Shown here piece after piece: positions 1-5,507 of a stretch of 10,854 nt of DNA (positions are counted from its first letter, which is position 1; every line of letters begins with the position of its first letter). Both the position numbers and the translations under genes were made by a program. The stretch lies in the IMG/VR virus record IMGVR_UViG_2740892230_000028, one strand, 5' to 3'. This stretch comes from a virus. Lineage: Duplodnaviria; Heunggongvirae; Uroviricota; Caudoviricetes. The notes beneath the pieces were generated by a model. That model did no database searches and was not told the DNA's origin. It saw nothing but the letters and a program-made list of their open reading frames with translations.

Positions 1-178
1 CAGTTGCACCACTGACGACCACATCACCTTCTGCTGCAATCGCCTGCATCAGGGTATAAGGGGTTATGGCCACCGGACTACCAAACGGCTGCCAGCCCTC
101 TTTCAGTTTGTGTGTCAGCTTTTCCGCAAGGTCTGACGGCGACGCCGCCCTGACAACATCATAATGTTTAAATGTCAT
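1..178 (-). CDS. DUF1737-like small prophage protein, 5' portion only (gene continues beyond the window start)
   Basis: ATG at 178-176 preceded by GGAGG with 4-nt spacing; translation MTFKHYDVVRAASPSDLAEKLTHKLKEGWQPFGSPVAITPYTLMQAIAAEGDVVVSGAT stays open to position 1. Family assignment is from memory of similar small proteins upstream of lysis genes in lambdoid prophages. Confidence 0.6.
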   Translation of the reverse strand, partial: MTFKHYDVVRAASPSDLAEKLTHKLKEGWQPFGSPVAITPYTLMQAIAAEGDVVVSGAT

Positions 179-221
179 TATTCCTCCCGGCCGGGATAGT
201 GTATTAAATCAGATATGGAGT

Positions 222-266
222 GGGCTGTAGTCCGGAAGCCTGAATGACACACGGGGACTACAGCCC
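222..266 (-). other. Perfect 12-bp inverted repeat (GGGCTGTAGTCC / GGACTACAGCCC) with 21-nt loop, in the 5' leader of the DUF1737-like gene
   Basis: Arms at 222-233 and 255-266 are exact reverse complements; no U-run follows on either strand, so it is not a simple terminator. Confidence 0.5.
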
Positions 267-274
267 AAGAAATG

Positions 275-300
275 AAAAAAGGCCACGCAGTTGCGCAGCC
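275..300 (-). terminator. Intrinsic terminator, minus strand
   Basis: On the minus strand GGCUGCGCAACUGCGUGGCC forms an 8-bp stem that includes two G-U pairs, followed by UUUUUU. The G-U pairs become A-C mismatches on the plus strand, so the structure is strand-specific. Confidence 0.55.
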
Positions 301-362
301 TGATAAACCCTGGTTAAAATCCACACGATAACAACACAACAATATCAGTATCTCATGCTATT

Positions 363-388
363 GCCCGAACCCATTCGGGCATTTTTTA
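363..388 (+). terminator. Intrinsic terminator, plus strand
   Basis: GCCCGAA-CCCA-TTCGGGC perfect 7-bp stem (363-380) followed by ATTTTTTA. Confidence 0.6.
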
Positions 389-392
389 CCCA

Positions 393-418
393 TAAAAAAT
401 GCCCCTCCGGAGAGGGGC
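393..418 (-). terminator. Intrinsic terminator, minus strand (convergent with the 363-388 terminator)
   Basis: Palindrome GCCCCTC-CGGA-GAGGGGC at 401-418 with the A-run 394-399 on the plus strand, which is a U-run after the hairpin on the minus strand. The same palindrome recurs at 1513-1530 and 1709-1726. Confidence 0.55.
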
Positions 419-493
419 ATGTTTGCATGCACATTCTTTTTCTTGCATGGTGCCGGGTGCCTCCCGGTGAATTCAGNNNNNNNNNNTGGTCGT

Positions 494-520
494 AAAAAAA
501 AGGCCGCGCCATGCGCAGCC
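494..520 (-). terminator. Intrinsic terminator, minus strand
   Basis: Minus-strand GGCUGCGC-AUG-GCGCGGCC 8-bp stem (one G-U pair) followed by eight U. Confidence 0.6.
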
Positions 521-580
521 GAAAATAAAGGGATAACGATGATAGTTTGAGAAAAACAGAAACAACACTTTTGCGGCAAA

Positions 581-688
581 GCATGGTGCCGGGTGCCTCC
601 CGGTGAATTCAGTATCAGCACCTGAATCCGCGATTATCCCATATACCTGGTTGCTGATCGCCCCTCCGCACAGGGGGATTCACCATGC
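581..688. repeat. Structured repeat element bounded by 8-bp inverted termini GCATGGTG ... CACCATGC (full copy)
   Basis: Contains internal hairpins CCGGG-TGCCT-CCCGG and CCCCT-CCGCAC-AGGGG and an EcoRI palindrome. Related copies or parts at 445-476, 759-810, 1751-1874 and 1957-2028. Confidence 0.6.
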
Positions 689-758
689 AGTAGTATTTTT
701 AATAAACAGCAAATAAAAAAATCAAGCATTATGCAGGCTGTTTCTTTTNNNNNNNNNN

Positions 759-810
759 CCCCATATTCCTTCTTGCTGATTGCCCCACCGCACAGGGGGA
801 TTCACCATGC
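759..810. repeat. Partial copy of the structured repeat (right-hand module ending CACCATGC), truncated by an N-run
   Basis: Near-identical to 636-688 with a few substitutions; the downstream 811-870 also matches 689-748. Confidence 0.55.
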
Positions 811-1139
811 AGAAGTGTTTTTAATAAACAGCAAACAAAAAAATCAAGCATTATGCAGGCTGTTTCTTTTNNNNNNNNNNGTTCTTTCCACCATCTGAAA
901 AATGATTCTTTAAAATACCTGACATGTAATACAGAAAAAACACAAAACCATACCTTAATTAAAAACCTCATCATCAAGCAGATATGCATGGATAAACTAC
1001 AAGACGAGATATAAACCACCCTGCATTTAAATAAACAATAAACAACATCAGAAAAATAATTCTGCTCTATGGTTTACAATCAAAAATATCATTTATACTT
1101 TTCAGAACATCACCAGCAAGGCATAAACAAGGAAACTAA

Positions 1140-1475
1140 ATGAAGTGGATTGTGATTGATACAGTTATCCAGCCATCATGCGGAATATCTTTTTCAGTCA
1201 TATGGAGTAAAATAAAATTAATAATCTGGTATCAATCGGATGCTTTCTTACCTCCTGAAAGTATATTTACACTGACTCACACAGGCATCATGCTCAATAA
1301 CAAAGTGCTGCCTGTAACCATTTACAACGTAGTACCATTCAATAAAACATTCTGGAATTTAATCAAAAACAGCCAGGAATGCCCTACAAATACAGATAAC
1401 GTATTGAATGAATGCTTTAATAACCGTTGCACTCTGCAAATATGTCCTTATGGGCTAAAACAACAAAGTCCATAA
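1140..1475 (+). CDS. Hypothetical orphan ORF in an AT-rich island (111 aa), opposite in orientation to the prophage genes
   Basis: A 111-codon open frame in visibly AT-rich DNA where stops should be frequent; AGGA about 8 nt upstream of the ATG; stop codon sits inside a 9-bp inverted repeat (TCCTTATGG / CCATAAGGA, 1443-1476). No recognisable family. Confidence 0.25.
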   Translation: MKWIVIDTVIQPSCGISFSVIWSKIKLIIWYQSDAFLPPESIFTLTHTGIMLNNKVLPVTIYNVVPFNKTFWNLIKNSQECPTNTDNVLNECFNNRCTLQICPYGLKQQSP

Positions 1476-1576
1476 GGAGTTTACTCACATCTGACAAAAT
1501 CAATATAAACAGCCCCTCCGGAGAGGGGCTGGAGAGTGGCGCTANNNNNNNNNNAGAGACAACAGCCCGCAATACG

Positions 1577-1599
1577 AAAAAGGCCGCGCTATTGCGCAG
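1577..1599 (-). terminator. Intrinsic terminator-like hairpin, minus strand
   Basis: Minus-strand CUGCGC-AAUA-GCGCGG stem followed by CC and UUUUU; third member of the GGCCRCGC...TGCGCAG family. Confidence 0.4.
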
Positions 1600-1667
1600 A
1601 GTGATTACTGTCGGATATTATTCGCCAGCTGAAATATTACTTCACGTTTTATTGTTTATTCCTTGCC

Positions 1668-1696
1668 GCCCGCGTCTCCCAGCGCGGGCTTTTTTT
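1668..1696 (+). terminator. Intrinsic terminator, plus strand
   Basis: GCCCGCG-TCTCCCAG-CGCGGGC 7-bp GC stem followed by TTTTTTT (1690-1696). Confidence 0.65.
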
Positions 1697-1750
1697 GTCC
1701 ATAAGAAAGCCCCTCCGGAGAGGGGCTGGAGAGTGGCGCTATGTGCCATT

Positions 1751-1874
1751 GCATGGTGCCGGGTGCCTCCCGGTGAGTTCAGCCCGGTGCCACTAAACCC
1801 TCGTCATTCTCGTTTTGATAATCAGAGATTATACCGTCACCAGTCGCCCCTCCGCTCAGGGGGATTCACCATGC
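1751..1874. repeat. Structured repeat element, variant copy with the same 8-bp inverted termini and a different central segment
   Basis: Starts GCATGGTGCCGGGTGCCTCCCGGTGAGTTCAG and ends ...CCCCTCCGCTCAGGGGGATTCACCATGC. Confidence 0.55.
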
Positions 1875-1956
1875 AAAACTTTTTTAACAACTCTCCGTCA
1901 ACCAGACAATCATCAACTGCCTGAATTGTGAGGCATTTAACATTTCNNNNNNNNNN

Positions 1957-2028
1957 CCAGCACCTGAATCCGCGATTATCCCATATACCTACTCGCTGAT
2001 TGCCCCTCCGCACAGGGGGATTCACCAT
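1957..2028. repeat. Partial copy of the structured repeat, bounded by N-runs on both sides
   Basis: Matches 615-686 with a few substitutions. Confidence 0.55.
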
Positions 2029-2038
2029 NNNNNNNNNN

Positions 2039-2179
2039 TATCACCGGCCACAGCAATACCACAATGCCGCAGACCAGCACCCCATCCGCCAGCACCGACA
2101 TGATTCTGCTGGTGAAATCCACCATCACCACCAGAAACAGCAGGAGTGCAGCCACAGCCAGGCGCAGTTTTACCGTCAC
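2039..2179 (-). CDS. Small membrane protein, N-terminal fragment (truncated by N-run)
   Basis: GTG start overlaps the upstream stop in a GTGA junction; MTVKLRLAVAALLLFLVVMVDFTSRIMSVLADGVLVCGIVVLLWPVI is strongly hydrophobic. GC content is higher than in the neighbouring morons. Confidence 0.35.
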
Positions 2180-2325
2180 AGGTGATTCTCCAGACGAAGA
2201 CCCAGAACACCGGCAATCTCTTCCAGCACCTTGCGCTCTTCCGGCTCAATTTCGCCGTCTGCCTCCGCAATGGCCACCGCCACATCCAGCACATCTTCCG
2301 CTTCACGCGTATCGTGTTTCACATC
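2176..2325 (-). CDS. TerB-like protein, C-terminal fragment (5' end lost in N-run)
   Basis: Translation ...DVKHDTREAEDVLDVAVAIAEADGEIEPEERKVLEEIAGVLGLRLENHL* has the AxAxADGxIxxxExxxLxEIAxxLG pattern typical of TerB-family C-termini; stop TGA at 2176-2178. Confidence 0.4.
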   Translation of the reverse strand, partial: DVKHDTREAEDVLDVAVAIAEADGEIEPEERKVLEEIAGVLGLRLENHL

Positions 2326-2398
2326 NNNNNNNNNNCAGTTTCTTTTAACAAACTCCCCGCAAAACAGACAACAGTCAACCGTCTGAATTGTGAGACAT

Positions 2399-2426
2399 TT
2401 AAAAAAAAGGCCCGCAAAAGCGAGCC
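2399..2426 (-). terminator. Intrinsic terminator immediately downstream of the tRNA cluster, minus strand
   Basis: Minus-strand GGCUCGC-UUUU-GCGGGCC stem (one G-U pair) followed by a run of about 10 U. Confidence 0.6.
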
Positions 2427-2440
2427 AGGGAAAATAAGTG

Positions 2441-2517
2441 TGGCGCGTTGTACTGGATTCGAACCAGTGACCGATTGCTTAGAAGGCAATTGCTCTGTCC
2501 GGCTGAGCTAACAACGC
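2441..2517 (-). tRNA. tRNA-Arg (anticodon UCU), prophage-encoded
   Basis: Hand-folded cloverleaf: acceptor GCGTTGT/ACAACGC, D stem GCTC/GAGC, anticodon stem ATTGC/GCAAT with loop CTTCTAA, T arm ACTGG-TTCGAAT-CCAGT, discriminator G, CCA present. Confidence 0.85.
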
Positions 2518-2530
2518 TGGATACAGATAA

Positions 2531-2607
2531 TGGACCGCCTTCGGGGACCCGAACTCCGCGCAACCAGCTTCGAAAGCTGGCGCTCTTTCCTGATGAGCTA
2601 ATGGCGG
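2531..2607 (-). tRNA. tRNA-Arg-like (anticodon UCG), possibly degenerate
   Basis: Perfect anticodon stem CCAGC/GCTGG with loop TTTCGAA and CCA end, but an A-A mismatch in the acceptor stem, one mismatch in the T stem, and T-loop TTCGGGT (G where A58 is expected). Confidence 0.5.
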
Positions 2608-2614
2608 TATGTGA

Positions 2615-2690
2615 TGGTGGCCCTTGCTGGATTTGAACCAGCGACCTGGCGATTATGAGTCGCTCGCTCTCACCACTGAGCTAAAGGGCC
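2615..2690 (-). tRNA. tRNA with CAU anticodon, Ile2-like (lysidine type) or Met elongator
   Basis: Acceptor GGCCCTT/AAGGGCC, D stem GCTC/GAGC, anticodon loop CTCATAA, T arm GCTGG-TTCAAAT-CCAGC, CCA. Overall close to the E. coli tRNA-Ile2 sequence as I recall it. Confidence 0.8.
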
Positions 2691-2718
2691 GGGTCAAAAA
2701 ATAATAATCAGATGAAAA

Positions 2719-3432
2719 TCAATAATCAAGCCCTTGCCTGGATACATATCTGTCTGGCGGGAAGCCATAATAGCGGTGAAATACAGAAATAAAGTAGGAC
2801 CAGCTTGAATAACCGCATTTTTCTGCTACAGCCTGTCCATATCCATGCCGGGAACATAACATATTCACAGCAACACGCATCCGCTCTTCCAGCAACAAGC
2901 GACTGAACATGTGCCCTTCATTTTTCAGTTTTATCTTTAACAAACTCTCACTCATATGCAGGCGTAACGCAATCGCACCAAGCGTCCAGCTTGCTGATAT
3001 ATCTGTCTGAATTATCGCCCTGACTTTGGCACTTATACTGGATAAACATCCACTTAAAAATAATAATATCCGTTCATCTGATTCAAACAGCGACAGGCAT
3101 GCCATCATAAGAAACATATCCGTGGTATCTCCGGAAAATCTCTGGCTGGTAATTAAAGCCTCAGCCAACGCAGGGTTGTTGGGTTCCAGTGACAGATAAA
3201 GCGGAACGTCAGTCAGATGAGTTCTTGTCAGCTTATGCTGAATTTCCAGATATTGACTTACTATGGAATGGTTTATATCGAAAATTTTAACTTTGCCATA
3301 ATGCATAAGGAAAAGCGCCCTGATGCATTTGGTGGCCAGAACGACTGAGCCGGGCTTAAGTGACAACGTATCCTTTTCAAGAAAAATATTAATTGGGGAG
3401 CAAACCATGATAACTGAACAGACAACAACCAT
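2719..3432 (-). CDS. AraC/XylS-family transcriptional regulator (prophage moron)
   Basis: C-terminal double HTH signature ...SWTLGAIALRLHMSESLLKIKLKNEGHMFSRLLLEERMRVAVNMLCSRHGYGQAVAEKCGYSSWSYFISVFHRYYGFPP...; AT-rich gene. Start is ambiguous (ATG at 3432 or 3408) and neither has a clear SD; a TATAAT-like hexamer abuts the first ATG. Confidence 0.8.
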   Translation of the reverse strand: MVVVCSVIMVCSPINIFLEKDTLSLKPGSVVLATKCIRALFLMHYGKVKIFDINHSIVSQYLEIQHKLTRTHLTDVPLYLSLEPNNPALAEALITSQRFSGDTTDMFLMMACLSLFESDERILLFLSGCLSSISAKVRAIIQTDISASWTLGAIALRLHMSESLLKIKLKNEGHMFSRLLLEERMRVAVNMLCSRHGYGQAVAEKCGYSSWSYFISVFHRYYGFPPDRYVSRQGLDY

Positions 3433-3570
3433 TATAATTTTACTTTCATTAGCAATTGGTTAGTTCAATTATAGCCCCAAAAGGTAAATTATCATCAACA
3501 CATAAGCAAAGGACTGACAGGTGCCGCTAACACCCACCAGCCGCCCATTTACCACAAATANNNNNNNNNN

Positions 3571-3781
3571 GCACCCGCCAGAACTGCGCCAGACACTGGT
3601 CCAGCCACTTCAGGTAATCATCGTCGCCCTTCCACTGGTTATCCCAGCCCTCAGGCTTCACTTTAAAGTACGGCGGGTCCGTGACTATCAGGTCAACAGA
3701 ATTTTCGGGTAACGACCGGATAAATTCCAGGCAGTCGGCGTTGATTAACTCACAACTGGATATTTTTACAGTATTAAGCAT
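3571..3781 (-). CDS. DNA N6-adenine/N4-cytosine methyltransferase, N-terminal fragment (interrupted by N-run)
   Basis: MLNTVKISSCELINADCLEFIRSLPENSVDLIVTDPPYFKVKPEGWDNQWKGDDDYLKWLDQCLAQFWRV contains the DPPY catalytic motif of amino-methyltransferases. Only about 70 codons lie before the N-run. Confidence 0.7.
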
Positions 3782-3920
3782 GGATCATTAAGCCTGTCTC
3801 TGATAGGCTCATTCTGCTTTTGCGCAAAGCAGTGGGCCTGAGGTTTGCTTGTGAACCCAACGCATGAGCAGATGGCTGGTGGGTGCCCCTAACACCCACC
3901 AGCCGCCCATTTACCACAAA

Positions 3921-3945
3921 TAAAAAAGCCTTCACTGCGGAAGGC
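3921..3945 (-). terminator. Intrinsic terminator after the small ORF, minus strand
   Basis: GCCTTC-ACTGCG-GAAGGC perfect 6-bp stem (3928-3945) with a six-U run on the minus strand (plus-strand A-run 3922-3927); the ORF stop lies within the hairpin. Confidence 0.6.
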
Positions 3946-4129
3946 GTCTGTAACAACCGAACTGATAGTCTGCCAGACCCGCCATAACCAGCTGGGTCAG
4001 TATTAACTGGCAGCGTTCGCGTGAAAGGTAAGTATTCTGCGCTATCTCCCCGACTGTCGCCGGTTCGGTAACGCTTAATTCATTAAACACCACTCTGGCG
4101 GTTTCTGTCATATCCTGCTGTTTTAGCAT
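3932..4129 (-). CDS. Small hypothetical protein (65 aa), possible winged-helix / HTH-like
   Basis: ATG at 4129-4127; MLKQQDMTETARVVFNELSVTEPATVGEIAQNTYLSRERCQLILTQLVMAGLADYQFGCYRRLPQ; terminator upstream (4252-4273) and downstream (3921-3945). The alternative start at 4111 would give 59 aa. Confidence 0.45.
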   Translation of the reverse strand: MLKQQDMTETARVVFNELSVTEPATVGEIAQNTYLSRERCQLILTQLVMAGLADYQFGCYRRLPQ

Positions 4130-4251
4130 GTCTTTTTCCCTTTTCCGGTTAACGTGACACACCAATAACTCTTGTCGAAAAAGCCAGCAAGCTGAAAGAC
4201 AGGTATTCACCGCCACCAGCACGTTTACTGTACTGACGCGATTTCAGTCAT

Positions 4252-4273
4252 AAAAAACCCGCCAGGCGGCGGG
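4252..4273 (-). terminator. Intrinsic terminator, minus strand
   Basis: CCCGCC-AGGC-GGCGGG stem (4258-4273) with a six-U run on the minus strand. Confidence 0.55.
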
Positions 4274-4373
4274 GTGTAAAAAATCTTCTAACGTCAGGCA
4301 TAAAACGCCCANNNNNNNNNNCTGTATTAATAACTACCAGCACATTTAACGCACTGCGCTACTTTGCGGGCAC

Positions 4374-4396
4374 AAAAAACCCGCTCAGAGGCGGGG
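4374..4396 (-). terminator. Intrinsic terminator downstream of the CPBP gene, minus strand
   Basis: CCCGC-TCAGAG-GCGGG stem with a six-U run on the minus strand; homologous to the 4252-4273 terminator. Confidence 0.5.
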
Positions 4397-4536
4397 TCAA
4401 GCTATGCGGCGAAATAACCACTCTTAACAGCATACCTGATTTTTTACGTACGTAAATGCTTTGCCGTGCATATTTTTCATGCAAATGTCACGTCCTGCTA
4501 TTTTTCAGTCTTATAAATTTAAAACCATAGAAAAAA

Positions 4537-5355
4537 TCAATTATGTTTTAAAAATGGATAGGTAAAGAATAACAAGTGACACAGATTCAAACCAAAATGG
4601 AAAAGGGTGGCAACCCACAAACGCCCACTCCACATCCATGACAATCCATACACAACACCAGATAACGTGGCAAATAATACAAGTAAAGCACCACCTGAAT
4701 AGTGATAAAAACCAAACAACAAAGCCGCCACAATTAATGCAACCAATGGAGACGTTACTTCTGATAGCCGTGATTGAATATACCCTCTAAATAATGATTC
4801 CTCTGCCAGAGACACAAAAAACAAATTAGCCAATATAAACTCTGGCAACCACTCAGGAAAATGAATCTCTGGCTTTAATCCACCAAAAAAAACAGCCAAA
4901 AACAGGATAAGAGGAACAGAGAGCGACAGAGCCCCCCACTTCCACAAAGACACTTCTGATTTTACTTCTTTTTTAAACAAAGAAGATGTACACAGGACTA
5001 ACAAAAATGGCACCAGCGCTTTATCAAAATTAAAATACATTGTATAGGGAGTACTTTGAGGGCCAACAGTAACAGAATTTAGCACTACAGGATTGTGAAA
5101 CCCTGGCCATAGATGGAAAGATAATGCTATGGCTGATAAAACTATGCCAACTTCATATATAGATTTAGCCCAGGCGTTATATTTCCAGTTGAACTTCAAA
5201 ATAATAAAAAAAACGATTGTAGCAACAAAAAATAACACCGACCAATCAATAATATCATTAAGCACAGCCAGGACAACAGACACCGTCAACAATGAAAAAG
5301 CCACTACCTTATGCCAACTGAGAGTTGACAGTGACAGTACTAACACAATCCACAT
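4537..5355 (-). CDS. CPBP-family (CAAX protease / Abi-domain) intramembrane metalloprotease-like protein, moron directly downstream of Q
   Basis: ATG at 5355 with AAGGAG 5 nt upstream; multi-TM hydrophobic protein carrying the three CPBP motifs in order: EESLFR (EExxxR), FGFYH (FxxxH), HFGLN (HxxxN). Gene and flanks are visibly AT-rich. Confidence 0.8.
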   Translation of the reverse strand: MWIVLVLSLSTLSWHKVVAFSLLTVSVVLAVLNDIIDWSVLFFVATIVFFIILKFNWKYNAWAKSIYEVGIVLSAIALSFHLWPGFHNPVVLNSVTVGPQSTPYTMYFNFDKALVPFLLVLCTSSLFKKEVKSEVSLWKWGALSLSVPLILFLAVFFGGLKPEIHFPEWLPEFILANLFFVSLAEESLFRGYIQSRLSEVTSPLVALIVAALLFGFYHYSGGALLVLFATLSGVVYGLSWMWSGRLWVATLFHFGLNLCHLLFFTYPFLKHN

Positions 5356-5507
5356 AAGCACTCCTTTTATTTAATGATGAAGATTGATTATCAATATTTT
5401 CAATTCACCAGGCAACATTTTATCTACCTTCCACAATACATGACCATCAAAAAAATAAACATGTTAATTATAAACACAGAAAACATAACCCTCATCACTA
5501 TATATCC
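5356..5507 (-). promoter_or_regulatory. AT-rich Q-to-moron intergenic region, the expected location of the late promoter and Q-utilisation site
   Basis: Positional inference from lambdoid gene order; a TATAAT hexamer lies on the minus strand at 5467-5472 with no convincing -35, and no GC hairpin terminator is present. Confidence 0.3.

Larger units (their letters stand above)
494..689 (-). ncRNA. Candidate prophage small RNA (hypothetical): structured repeat element plus downstream intrinsic terminator
   Basis: Minus strand has a sigma70-like -35 TTGATT (720-725) and a weak A/T-rich -10 near 695-702, then the structured element 688-581, no long ORF, and the terminator ending at 494. Purely structural inference. 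Confidence 0.25.

Noticed and set aside
581-688. Identification of the structured repeat as an ERIC or REP element
   Set aside because: The motif GGGGATTCAC resembles part of an ERIC primer sequence I recall, but the rest of the element does not match the ERIC or REP consensus as far as I can reconstruct it, so it is left as an unclassified repeat pending a database search.
729-1019. 96-aa minus-strand ORF
   Set aside because: It crosses two N-runs and the structured repeat, so it is a composite with no coding evidence.
1427-1924. 165-aa plus-strand ORF from the supplied track
   Set aside because: It spans an N-run and runs through two terminator hairpins and the structured repeat, and its translation is low-complexity. 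It is an artefact of concatenated repeats.
445-2028. Possible CRISPR array, given the repeated hairpin-containing modules
   Set aside because: The repeats are not short identical direct repeats at regular spacing with unique spacers. They are long, diverged, mixed in orientation and interleaved with terminators, and no cas genes are present.
179-2440. Shiga toxin or another toxin cargo between the tRNA cluster and the lysis-proximal gene
   Set aside because: This is where stx genes sit in Stx phages, but no ORF of suitable size or signal-peptide-like start is present; the zone holds terminators, repeats and one orphan ORF instead.
2000-2511. Plus-strand ORFs (61, 94 and 121 aa) across the TerB-like fragment and the tRNA cluster
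   Set aside because: They span N-runs or run through tRNA genes and the terminator; the minus-strand frames have the coherent protein features.
3774-3956. 60-aa minus-strand ORF between the small ORF and the methylase
   Set aside because: It overlaps the terminator hairpin and the methylase start in another frame, and the region is better explained as intergenic plus the methylase 5' end.
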